Shown one piece after another: positions 52,271 to 64,000 of a DNA stretch of 64,000 bases (within the stretch, counting starts at the first letter, position 1; each line of letters starts with the position of its first letter). The stretch is from Lama glama (taxonomy: Eukaryota): positions 8,928,001 to 8,992,000 of the forward strand of contig CM052834.1 of NCBI GenBank assembly GCA_028534125.1. The letters are read 5' to 3'. The position numbers were made by a program, and so were the translations under genes. The notes beneath the pieces are model-generated. The model was not told the origin of the DNA and did no database searches. It worked only from the letters and a program-made list of their open reading frames with translations.

Positions 52271-52769
52271 TGCTCTTTAAAATCTGATTTCACGGTAGAA
52301 TTTTTTCATCATAGCCATAAAATGGAAATACTCTGGAAAAGGTAGATATTTTTAAGTGGTTAGTACTTTTTTGAGTGTTGTTCTTGCAAAGGTAAATGGC
52401 TTAAATAACTGTCTACCCCTGAGAGCACTTAAGTCTGAAGTTAAACTGTGTATTTCATAAAACTCAAACACTGTTGCCAGAAACAGCTTATTGGCAAACA
52501 GTTAACCCATTTCCATAAGTCTGTGGTAACCTCAGTCAGACACGTTGAATGATCTCTAAGCCTGGACTTTTTCATTCTAACAAAGATGAATAATGCAACA
52601 ACAACAAAAAATTGCACACAAGTTCTCAAGGTAATTTACTGAAGCAACAAGAGACCTTTATCAAGGCTGCCTTCTGTTTTGAGCTCACGTGTACAGAACT
52701 CCCTTTGGGCTCTGCCAAATAATTGTGACAATGATGACAACCAGGAGGAGGAGAAACCAGTTATGACAA

Positions 52770-52975
52770 TAATTACCTTAAGTACATATTTGTGCTCCAG
52801 GCTGTACTAGGCACTCTCTATATACTATCTCATTTAATGCCAACAATTCTATATAGGTAACACTGTACCCATTTTATAACTATAAAGTTTGAGGCTCAGG
52901 GAGGATACATGCCCCAAATTTTACAAGTATTAGATGGTGAAGACTATAAACCCAGGCCCTTCTGCTACATCCTAC
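52770..52975 (-). mobile_element. MIR
   Basis: ccaggctgtactaggcactctctatatactatctcatttaatgc...cccattttata...gaggctcagggagg. Confidence 0.75.
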
Positions 52976-55900
52976 ATTCACTGCCTGAATTTAAAAAGAA
53001 AAAAAAAATTGGTAAAAGTCCCCTGAACTATGTTTCTTTGGACTAGTCAATCACTTTTGGGGAAACCAAAGAAATGACTTATAAGTGAAACTAAATAAGT
53101 CAATTATTTACTAAGAAACAGCATTTCTTTTAAAGATACAAAGGAGTATGCCTTGACATTGCATAAAGAGAACACAAAAGTAGCTGCCTGATGACTCAGC
53201 CAAGCAATAAATTAGAGGTTAAAGGGGCTGCAGAAGAATTAAAACTGTTGCGCCAGCTCTGAAGATTAAAGGACAAGTCACCAGTCATTGTGAAAGGCCC
53301 TGAACACAGCAGCCCCCTCAGTCACTTAGCAAGGAGCTGAATAATAAGTAAACTGTGCCAAGAAAACATAACATCTTCCTCTAGACTGACACAGATAGTC
53401 ATCAGCTGAAACATCAGACAAAAGATGACCAAGTCATCTCGCTACAGAGTAACGACCACCACATGAGGATGGGATAACACCTGCACTACAGGGCACTCGG
53501 AGGTAGTAATTTTACTTCCACTCAGCCTGTATTTCTCCTCCAAGACGTAGGAAAATACTCGGAAAACACACTTACTGGAAAGAAATACCGAAATCGTGTT
53601 TTCTATATAGTAACCTGGATCCTTTAAAAAAAAAACCTAGGTATACTTTCTTGGGAGACCAAGAATAAGAGAGTATGTGAAAAACCTCCCCCCAAACAGA
53701 GACAGACCATGACTTGGACTTGGGGGACTGAAGAACAACAAGAAAAATAAAGGAAGTTAAAAAGAAAACCAAACCAACAAAAAAACTGACAGATTTAGAA
53801 AAAACACTCATTAAGTTTTACTAAGCTCCAGACTACGTTTATCAGTGCATCCAGATGAATGGCTAAAACTCTACAGAAGGGAGAAATGAGAACTAGATTT
53901 TTTTTTTCCCCACAGCAAGAATATAAAACTCTGAGTAAAAAGAAACTGTAAATAACGTAAGTAGGTTTTAAATGGAAAATACACAGTCAGTAATTCACAG
54001 ACGAATAGTTCCTGCTAATAATTCCTAGTAAGTAAAGAAATTTGCAGTTCTAGAAACTCCGGTGCTTTCAAAGCCATCTAATTGGTTTCATTCTGTTTTG
54101 TATTCTTTCTACCACTCTTCCTCTTGCTTTCCTCCTTTTCTCTCTCTTCTGTGCTTGCCAGTTTTTCTCAGAAACAACATATAAGATGGTCCTGTCTTAG
54201 TACAATTGCCACTCTCCCAGTGGCATCAGGCTACAATTATATTCAAAATTTTCATCCTTAAAAAGATTCTCTCCATGTAAACTATTAATTCCCATTTAAT
54301 TCGCTATACAGTTCACAAGATTACGGCCCCTACTTTACTTTTTTTTGTTATTAAAACACTTTCGTCCATGATCTCAGTTTATCCTCACAACGTAGAATCT
54401 GGAAGGTCCCAGAGCCAACAGCAATATCACTCCCATTTTAAAACTGTCAGGTTGACACAAAGAATTCAACACTGAGGGCACCTGTGGCACAGCCAGCTTT
54501 TGGGGCTGGGGAGGCTCTCGCCACCACTCACACTAAAAGCATCTCTTGGATAATTGTAATATGTCAATGAGCACATGCAAATGACAAAATTTCCCAAGTA
54601 ACAGCAGACTGCTCCAAATATACTAATTTATCTACAAATGAACTCACCACAAAAATGAAAATATGCTCCAATTCTTACGTTTCCAATTCAGTTCAATGAG
54701 AGCTGCATTAAAGACAAACATCACGTGAGAGTAAATGAATAAAAGTAAAATATCACTCATTTTGAAGCACAGCATGCAAGCAACAGTTGCTTTTGATTAA
54801 TAAATACACTTTGTTCTCTTTTACTTATACTTTGTGTTCTCTTTTTATCTAGACTCAAAATTACATGGCTGGAAAAGATAAAGAGGAAAGAGATCATGAA
54901 GAATCACATATTGTGCTAGGCACATTAACATGCTATCTGATTAAATCCTTGCAGTAACTCTGGGATGTACTGAACAACGATTCTAAGATTTAAAAAAGAA
55001 CTTGAATCCACATCTAACCCAAATACCCCAAAGGTACTTTATTTTGCTATTTGGTAGTTATTTTCTAGCATTTTACAAACTGTCAGTAGAATAGGCATAT
55101 TTAATTATCTCCTATATGTAGTTGATTTGTATATTCAGCTTCAAGGCTTATAAATAAACGTAGTAGCCAGGGTATTTTAAAAGTGCATGCTATTAAATGA
55201 CCTATATCTTACAATGCTGTAAAATACATTTAAAATAGGTATCTACCTATTAGGTGTTTAAAGAATCCATATGTGTGAACATTTTTTAAAAGCCAGGATA
55301 GCAGTAATAAGACAAGGACAAAGAGTTTGTGTTTTAAATAAAAAACTATCACTAATACCAAATAATTGGAAAGAACTATAATAATTAACAGTGTTGACTT
55401 CTCTATCACATGAGTCTAACAGCAATGGACTTTGGAGTATGGGAGTTCTGAATCTGAATCCCAACTCTCTAAGTCAAAATAATGGACATACTGAAGGTCG
55501 GTTTTCATTCTTCTGCTCAGATTCTAATATAATAAAATCTCACTTGCCTAGAGGCCACACATCCATAACACCTCAGCAATGTCTAAAAGTAAATTAAAAA
55601 GTTACATGGCTACTGAAATCGATTCCTCAGAGTCTATGTGCTACCCTTCTGCATCTTGCTCTTAGAGGATACCCTCAAGTTCAGTTTGGATCTTTTCAAA
55701 TCTTAGACAAAGTTCTAAAAAAGTTAATAATCAAATCAATCCACAGCACGTAAGAACTGTTACTTAGAAGCGTTAAATTTGAATTTGGGAAGCTAGGGTT
55801 GCTAGAGATAGTAGAAAGAAATTTGTAGGTTTTAATAACAAAAGAATAATAAAACATAAGACGTGAAGAAAAAAATTTATAAAATACCTCGAGAATATCT

Positions 55901-56164
55901 GATATAGAGCCATCTAATCATGCATATGTCAACAGCTTCCAAAGACACGCTGTATCACAACCCAAATAAATAGTATGCATAGTAATATTCCATTTAGTAA
56001 GGCTGGAGAGTACTTGATGCTTGGAAGAAAAATTACCATTCTAATAGTTTAAAAATATAGAAATAAAACCCTAATATTTAAAGGCTTATACTTTAAGTCA
56101 TATAGTTATACAGCTATGAAATTCACTTGTTTGTGAATTTGAAAAGCACACTACATCTATTTGG

Positions 56165-57417
56165 GATTAAAAAAAAAACTCTCAACAAAGTGGGTATAGA
56201 GGGAACATACTTCAACATAATAAATGTCATATGTGATAAGCTCACAGCTAACATCACGCCCAATAATGAAAAGGGCTGNNNNNNNNNNNNNNNNNNNNNN
56301 NNNNNNNNNNNNNNNNNNNNNNNNNNNNNNNNNNNNNNNNNNNNNNNNNNNNNNNNNNNNNNNNNNNNNNNNNNNNNNNNNNNNNNNNNNNNNNNNNNNN
56401 NNNNNNNNNNNNNNNNNNNNNNNNNNNNNNNNNNNNNNNNNNNNNNNNNNNNNNNNNNNNNNNNNNNNNNNNNNNNNNNNNNNNNNNNNNNNNNNNNNNN
56501 NNNNNNNNNNNNNNNNNNNNNNNNNNNNNNNNNNNNNNNNNNNNNNNNNNNNNNNNNNNNNNNCATACTAATAATGAACTAACAGAAAGAGAAATTAAGA
56601 AAGCAATCCCTTTTTACAATTTCATCAAAAAAAATACAATACCTAGGAATAAATTTAACTGGGGAAGGAGGGAAGACCTATACACTGAAAACTACTAGAT
56701 ATTAATAAAAGAGACTGACAGCAACACAAATAAATGGAAANNNNNNNNNNNNNNNNNNNNNNNNNNNNNNNNNNNNNNNNNNNNNNNNNNNNNNNNNNNN
56801 NNNNNNNNNNNNNNNNNNNNNNNNNNNNNNNNNNNNNNNNNNNNNNNNNNNNNNNNNNNNNNNNNNNNNNNNNNNNNNNNNNNNNNNNNCCATAAAAGAT
56901 CCTGAATGGCCAAAGTACTCTTGAAAAAGAAGAACAGAGCTGGAAGCATCATGTGCCCTGATTTCGAACTATATTACAAAGCTACAGTAAATAAAACAGT
57001 ATGATATCACCCTAACAACAGACAGATCAGACAAAACAGAATAGAGAGCCCAGAAATAAACCCAGACATACATGGTCAATTAATATATGACAAAGGAGCC
57101 AAGAATATATAATGGGGAATTAATATATGACAAAGGAGCCAAGAATATATAATGGGGAAAAGATAGTCTCTTCCATAAATGGTACTGGGAAAAATGGACA
57201 GCCACACACACAAAAAATGAAACTGCACCACTGGCTTATACCATACACAAAAATAACTCCAAATGGATTAAAAACTTAAATGTAAGACCTGAGATCATAA
57301 AACTCCTAGAAGAAAACATAGGTGGTAATTTCTCTGACATCAGTCTTGACGATAATTTTTTGAATCTGATACCAAAAGCAAAAGCAACAAAAGCAAAAAT
57401 AAACAAGTATACCAATG
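56165..57417 (+). mobile_element. L1 ORF2 fragment (RT region to 3' part), degenerate, with N gaps
   Basis: KTLNKVGIEGTYFNIINVICDKLTANI and LIPKAKATKAKINK motifs of L1 ORF2p, with stops and frameshifts. Confidence 0.92.
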
Positions 57418-57627
57418 NNNNNNNNNNNNNNNNNNNNNNNNNNNNNNNNNNNNNNNNNNNNNNNNNNNNNNNNNNNNNNNNNNNNNNNNNNNNNNNNNNN
57501 NNNNNNNNNNNNNNNNNNNNNNNNNNNNNNNNNNNNNNNNNNNNNNNNNNNNNNNNNNNNNNNNNNNNNNNNNNNNNNNNNNNNNNNNNNNNNNNNNNNN
57601 NNNNNNNNNNNNNNNNNNNNNNNNNNN
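56279..57627. other. assembly gaps (N 56279-56563, 56741-56889, 57418-57627)
   Basis: N runs. Confidence 0.99.
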
Positions 57628-57729
57628 AAGCTCCTAGCTCCTTCTACAAGTTTATCAAAACTACACAGGACAGAGGAACATATTAAGATACAATCAGCAG
57701 TATCTAGTTGTGGAAAATTCTGCACATAA

Positions 57730-58178
57730 TAATCTAGTTTCTTCAACAAATAAACTGCAAGGAGAAGAAAAGATGGAGTGGAATATCTATATATTTACCA
57801 ATCACAAGGGCATTATCTGGACACCTGATTCAAAGAAAATGTGAAAAGCACACTTTTATGAAAACACTGGCAAACTGAGCATTAACTGAATATTTAGTAT
57901 TAAAGAACAGTTCACTTTTAGTTTCAGGTGTGACCATTAAAGTATGGTTATGCTTTTTAAAAGTGTTTTTAGGTTTTAGAATGATGTACTGAAAGATTTA
58001 TAAGTGAAACAGTATGTCTGAAATCTGCCTTGCTTTACAAGAGAGGGAAGAAAATGGGGAGATGGATGACACGAGATTGGGCAAGAGTTAGTAACTGCTG
58101 AAGCCAGATCATGACTATAAAAGGGCTTGTTACACTATTTCTATTTTGTATATTTGGAATTTTCCACAATACAAATCA
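57730..58178 (+). mobile_element. old L1 (L1MC/L1ME) 3' end
   Basis: ttcttcaacaaataaactgcaagg...gtactgaaagatttataagtgaaa...gtaactgctgaagc...ttttgtatatttggaattttccacaat. Confidence 0.75.
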
Positions 58179-59389
58179 TTTCTAATCTGAGAAATTCAGC
58201 ATAGCACATCAAAAAAAATGGTACCTCAAGTATTATCATAGAACTCAAGTAGTATAATAGAAGTACTTCTAAGAACAATTTAAATTTTAACTGAATGTTC
58301 CTATAAGAAAAAAAAATGTTTTGACTAGATAATAATACTAATGTATCAACCAGTAGATACTGTCTCAATTCTTTACCTAAAATGTTGTTTCATTTATACG
58401 TAATGGCTGAGCTCTTTATTAAGTATTGCTAGCAATTTCTTTGAAGCTGGAAAAGGAATGATGGTTTAAAAATATAAGCAAATTGCCAGACTAGATACAT
58501 TTTTTATTTCCAAAGTTTTTTGTTCACTTCAACTGGCACGAGGGAGACTCAGACGAGTTAGAATGGTAGCATAGATTTTGGCTCAAATTCTTCAAGTTTG
58601 GATAATGCATTTGTAATTTAGATTATTGTATTATAAATCCTGTTAAGTGAAAAACAGTTGTATTCAACTTAAAAAGGTGAAAAGAACAAAGACTCTGAAG
58701 TTCAGTTTGGTTCTATTCCTTAGTAGTTTTATGTGATTTCAAGCAAGTTCAAATTCCTTCCTCTGTAAAGTAAGGAAATTAGTTTCTGCTGTAGAATATT
58801 GTGATATGTGGATTCGACTTATTATATACACAACATATTCAATATATTTTAATCTTTTATATATAATATTTATTCCTGTTAATGTTTAATACACAGTAGC
58901 TAATATTCCAATTGTCAAGATCTAATCATTATTATGCTGGTTAACACTACCACTATGCTAGATAACATAAACCTACTTGGCCCTACATTGCTAAAAATAT
59001 TTCCCACGGATGCAAATAGTCATTTGGAAAACATATCCACTCTGATGGGCTTAAAAAACCCTTGCACACATTGAAGCTATGAGTGTCTTTATGCAATCAG
59101 CAGGACAACAAGAATGTGCCTATAACTTCTATTGATCTAAGTCATGAAGGTTCCGCACAGATACATTTTTTTAAAAAAGTTTAAAGATAGAATGCTTTCA
59201 TTAAAAAGCCAATGTAAAGTTAACATCTTAAACACATTTGGTGTTTGAGGATCAATCTACACTAAAAATGACAAATCATCAGACTTTCTGATAATGCTTC
59301 TACCATAAGAAAATGCTTATCCTTAAAAATAAATTATCAACAAAGAATGGCTTCCTTCCAACTCGCCGGATGCCCTAGGGCTTTCTGCA

Positions 59390-59555
59390 CGCACCTTAAA
59401 GCCCATCGTGTTAGATCAGTCATTTGTTTACATACCTGTTCCATAGCTGGTGTGTGAATTCCAAAATCAACAGCGCAAACTTATTTTCCTTTTGTATCAC
59501 CTGCACCTGCATAGTGCCTGGCAGTAGCAGGTGCTTAATAAATTTTTTGTAATTC
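59390..59555 (+). mobile_element. L2 3' end
   Basis: ctttgtatcacctgcacctgcatagtgcctggcagtagcaggtgcttaataaat. Confidence 0.75.
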
Positions 59556-59799
59556 ACCTATGAGTATATACCTATGTATACCTTCACTCTAAGGACTTCT
59601 GGGTATCATTAAGTTCCCCACAGTTAAACTCTGTGATGGGGCTAAGTCTACCAAACCTGGGAGTAGGACCTTCAGACACTTGGAGTTGTGATCTTACCCT
59701 TCGCCCTTAGTCCGTGGAGGGCACGTCTGCTTTAATTCAGCACAGGCGCTCTCCCTGGGTTCATCTTCCAAGCCTAGCCTTCGATCTATACGAACACAG

Positions 59800-59970
59800 C
59801 ACATACCGTAGTTCATGTCATCTTTACAATAACCTGGGAGCACGTATCAGCATCACTTCCATTTTACAGGTAAAGATGCCAAGACTTAGAGGTTACGAAA
59901 CATGTTCAAAGTCACAAAAGCAGAGGCAGAATGTCAGACAGGTCTGTTCGACTTCAGTCCATATTCCCCA
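59800..59970 (-). mobile_element. MIR fragment
   Basis: tctttacaataacctgggag...ccattttacaggtaaagatgccaagacttagagg...caaagtcaca. Confidence 0.7.
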
Positions 59971-60479
59971 CACTGAGCCCTCTGAACAGAAGGCTACTAG
60001 TAAACAAAGCCTTTCAAAAGAGACTCCAAAAGTCCCTTGAGGTCACTTCAGATGTTTTTTTAATGAGCTTTTAAAAACGCCATCGGCTTCCTCTGGGAGT
60101 CCTTCATTTTCTCCTCTTATGTTCTCTGACACATAAGGACCCACTGACACAGAAAATTCTCTGAGATGAGGGCAGAGTGGAGGATGGAAATTGCCCAAAG
60201 GGAAAAAAAAATCTGAGCAGTTGAGAAATCTTGCGAACAAAAGACAGGGGAAAAAAAATCACACTGACAGATGCAGAATCTTATTGCATCAAAGACGAGA
60301 TCCCCACTGATGACTAACACTGATGCAGAGTTTAAAAGCTATAGCACCCTACAAACATACACACTAATTCACTAATTAAGAAGGTCCGTAGGCACAAAGC
60401 TGCCACCAGAACACAGGTGCCATGTAGATCTGACACTAAGACTTCCATTAGAGCCAGCAGAAACGGTACAGACCGATGC

Positions 60480-60680
60480 ACAAGTCAGTCTTTCCCAGGC
60501 TTACATCTCAGCTCTGCCAGTTACTGTGTGGCTTTAACAGAGGTTCTTACCAGCCACTCTAAGCCTCGGTTTCCAGGTCTGTGAGACAGAAATCATGCCC
60601 CCTCCTGTGTAGCAAAATGATGAGAAGAACTGTTAAGGCGTCATGTCATCCAAAAGCATTAAGTTGAGCACGTCCATGTA
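60480..60680 (+). mobile_element. MIR fragment
   Basis: atctcagctctgccagttactgtgtggcttt...ctctaagcctcggtttcc...tctgtga. Confidence 0.6.
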
Positions 60681-60847
60681 ATGATAGGAAAAAGGTAACA
60701 CTCTTTTTTTTTTTTTTAAATGGTGCTTTTAGAGATACTGCACATTCAAAAGGAGTTGCGGCCCAGAAGATGAACAGCAAGGGATCTCCAGTGCCTACTG
60801 AGGGGGCCCCACCCAGAAAGGAATATCTGAAAAAAAATACTCTTCAC

Positions 60848-61349
60848 CAGGGCAGGCTTCACGGACAAGCAACCAGAACAGGGACACAATGTTTCATACA
60901 CAGGAGGGTCGGGATCTTGTTCTACAGTAATTGTTTTGAAATTCTTAATAATTGTTATCTTTGAATCTGTGTTTCGTACATGAAATTCAATGGGACAATG
61001 AGGCTTGGCTTAGAGCCTTGGACCGTGTGTCGTGCCACCTCCTAGCACCTCCTTAACAGGGCCAGTAACCAGGCTGCAGTAACTGGGTTGCAGGGAGGCA
61101 GGTAGGGAAGGCACTGGCCAGCCACATCCTGAGCTGGCAGCATCACAGCCTATTAGACGGTGACTTGTGGGGTCCTCCTGCCCATTCCCAGTCAAGGCAA
61201 CAAGCAAATGTGGGGGCAACCACTCGGAGGTCGACCACCTGCAGTGTGGGGTGGCGGCCCATGAGAAAGGGAGATGGACTTCCCCACCCGAGTGGGACAT
61301 CCCCCTTTTAATTTTGCTTTGAACTCTGCAAATCATGTAGCCTGCCCTG
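60848..61349 (+). mobile_element. MER45-family (MER45B/C-like) hAT-Tip100 element with intact ends
   Basis: TIRs CAGGGCAGGCT...AGCCTGCCCTG, internal ttgaaattcttaataatt, and an 8-bp TSD ctcttcac / tccttcac. Confidence 0.88.
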
Positions 61350-61759
61350 TCCTTCACTTTGTGATGGCAACAAAAATAATACCACCAGGAGAGAGCTGTT
61401 TGGTTAGCACACATTTCTTACAGTGTAAAAGCTACTGGGAAACTATTAGCCACTCCCAACTTAGATTAGCCAAACTGTTTTCACCATATGGGGATCAGTG
61501 ACATTAAGTCTCAGTGACTAAGGAAAAACTTTTCACCTAGAATGGAACTGAGCAAGACCGGAAACAGCACTTGTGAAAAAAGAGCTTCCCTCGTCCTCAT
61601 TCACCCCACGTGCTACCCTGGGATACCTTCCTCTGCCCTGTTCCTGATCCAGTCTGTCCGTAGGAGATCTTATTGAAAGCAGGCAGTTGTAGGTCCAGGG
61701 CACACAAGAGTGAACCGTGAACAGTAGAGGGAGTGAAACAGACCCGCGACAGCAGCAGT

Positions 61760-61965
61760 AGCTAATATCTGAGAGCCTGCTATGTGCCAGGCTCTTTCTC
61801 AAGTGCCTGGCATAGCGACAATGTAATTCTCACAACAAGCCCATGATGTTAAGTAGCAGTACCGTTCTATCCTCGAGATGAGAAAATTGAAACACAGAAA
61901 ATGTGAATAATTTGCATATTCAAACAGCTACGAAGCATGAAGCTTGGATTCAAATCTATGCAGAT
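61760..61965 (-). mobile_element. MIR
   Basis: gagagcctgctatgtgccaggc...ctcacaacaagccc...agatgagaaaattgaaacacaga...ggattcaaatc. Confidence 0.82.
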
Positions 61966-64000
61966 AATGACAACATAGTGTGAACAATACTGGAATACAG
62001 GTGAAGGGAACACCTGGGACCAAGAATTTAAGTAAACTGGTTACTAATGGATAAACTTAATGAATATGGTGAAAAGTCTTAGAAATCCTTAGAAAGAGAA
62101 GGTAAGCAAAGACACTGGCCCCATCTTTAAAATTTTCCTGAACCATGTAGATAATTCTCAGGTTCAACACCTCTTAGTAGAAACGTCAACAGCTGTTCTG
62201 CTTGGTTTCGCTGATACAAAGTATAAAAACAACAAATTATGAGTGACTAGGGCCAAGACATTGCCCAAGTGAAACTACCTAAGCATTATTAAACTGAATT
62301 ACTTACGATCGTGACCAAAAATGTGATCACATCATAAAATATCACAAAGCCACCGTAGCAAGGCTGAGGGTAACACCATTTTCTGTAACACACAGATTTT
62401 ACACGGAGCTGCACATCCAAAACTAATACTTTTATTGGAGAAGAAGCATCATATAATCTTACAATCAGGCCAGTAAAGGTCTTTTTGAGACGAACCTGCC
62501 CACGGCAGTTAATTAACCAGATGTTTCATTCAGTGACACGTCTAACAGATCATTAATTTTTTTTCTTGAAGCCACAGGCTTAGGGGGATTTGCTAGAATT
62601 AAACTGCCCTCAGTTGTACAGTGTGAAGACGTTAGTTCTACAACAACACATGCTGCCCTCCTGGTCAAGCCGCATAATCGGCGAAGTATAATTTCAAGCA
62701 TCCTCTCACTTTAATGGCACCTCCTCTCTCCTCATTATGCAGCTTGAAACTCTTGCGCCTCCTCCACCTCTTTCACTCCGCATCACCTCATGATGAAAAT
62801 AAGCTTCACTGGCCTCCCTATGTCAAATAACTTCCCCTTCTAATTCTTTTTTCTAAGACTGAGAACATTTGCTCTTAAAAGAGCACTGCCTTTTATTTTG
62901 CCGTCCTCAGTCTCAAACCCAGCAATAGCAACAGGTGAGATCACTTAACAGGAGCAACACGAGCTTAATAATCGGGAAGCCTGGGTTCCAGCCCCAACTC
63001 CCCCCTAACTCATCAGAGTAACTCAACTTGGTTTCCTTACCCGGAAAACGTGAGTCCTGGGCTGGAGAAGTTCTGCAATCCCTTACTTGGAGAACAACAA
63101 ACCTCTTACCGTGGAATTCACAGTCTGCTGGAATTTAGCTAAGCAATCTCGTCTACAATGATCCCCAAGGCACGTTCTCCCTGGCAACCCTCACGTGCCC
63201 CTGAATTATGTCATCCTCATGCTGCGCTAACTCCTCTCCTAAAACGACTTCACCCTTCTCCTCTTTCCAAAGGCCTTCTCAGACAGAAGCGTTAATTATT
63301 TTCTTCTTTGTCCTTTTCTGATATTTGCAGATTCTCAATAGTCACTGTTGATTATATATGTGGTAAATATTCAGGAAGAAAATAAAAGACTCCCCAAACC
63401 AGGACTACAGGGTAAAATTACCTCAACACACGAAGCCTAACCTCAATAACACATCTTCTTTTTCTTCCTAGGGATTTTATTTGCTGTATACATTTGGCCC
63501 TGTTGACTCTAAAACTTAACCTATGTAAGCTATGGCTCCCATGTAAGCACTCAGTACTTCACGAACTGATTTTATTTTGGTCTTTTAAGTATACAGTCTA
63601 ATCTATCAGTGCTCAGCTGAAGTGAACACTGTATACAGCTAACGTGGTTTGTGAAAGTACTTAATCTTAGTACATTAAGAAACTCACTCCCTGTTTCCTA
63701 GAAACTCAACCTATTTTTCACATCAAATCATGTTATTTTATGAGCAGCAAGTGAGTTCCAATAATACCAATTCGGCAACTTGACAAGTTAAATTATTTTT
63801 GTGAACTTATCTGAGAATTCCCGATTACCATCTACAAGGCTGCACTGGTAAGACAGTGGCAACTGATGACACAATGAGGGTAGGGGAGCCCCAGACATAT
63901 TTTCTCTCCCCTCAGTGGTCATTCAGCTTCCAGAAAAAAGAAATCAATGGCCCAGAGGTACTGTCCAATTAACCAGAATCGATACCAACTTGATGCTGAC

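Larger units (their letters stand above)
10919..64000 (-). other. EPS8: EPS8 long 5' intron (upstream non-coding first exon probably beyond the right end)
   Basis: Acceptor at 10919-10920. No CpG island and no other gene seen. Mammalian EPS8 has a very long first intron (recalled knowledge). Confidence 0.75.

Noticed and set aside
56123-57749. Long ORFs of 100-150 aa
   Set aside because: Inflated by N runs. The flanks are degenerate L1 ORF2.
1-64000. Scattered TGA(G/C)TCA AP-1 and HNF1-like sites; CRISPR-like or prokaryotic systems
   Set aside because: Motif counts are not clearly above background without a computed test. There is no repeat-spacer array or operon structure; this is eukaryotic intronic DNA.

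Overview
Mammalian genomic DNA, probably camelid: it holds a Vic-1-like tRNA-derived SINE and camelid-type L1 3' tails. The window lies within the EPS8 gene on the minus strand. Two coding exons are visible: the start-codon exon (10839-10918, 21 nt UTR + 59 nt CDS) and the next exon (8756-8829). Spliced, they give MNGHISNHPSGFGMYPSQMNGYGSSPTFSMDREHSSRTSAKALY(E). Positions 1-8755 are the following intron; I did not find the next exon (EQRKNYARD...) in the window. Positions 10919-64000 are inferred to be the long 5' intron, with three candidate alternative 5' non-coding exons or promoters. The rest is interspersed repeats (L1, HAL1, L2, MIR, MaLR/ERV LTRs, a MER34-like ERV, hAT and Tigger elements) plus five N gaps, all within or at the edge of L1 sequence. 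Apart from the frame overlapping the EPS8 exon and L1 ORF remnants, the ORF track is spurious. I see no convincing new multi-gene system. The best leads are a ~565-bp unassigned inverted repeat (39270-39834), a 28-nt candidate 5'UTR microexon carrying a uORF, two candidate alternative first exons, and a twin-primed 5'-inverted L1. Repeat family names come from memory of consensus sequences, and most repeat boundaries are approximate.
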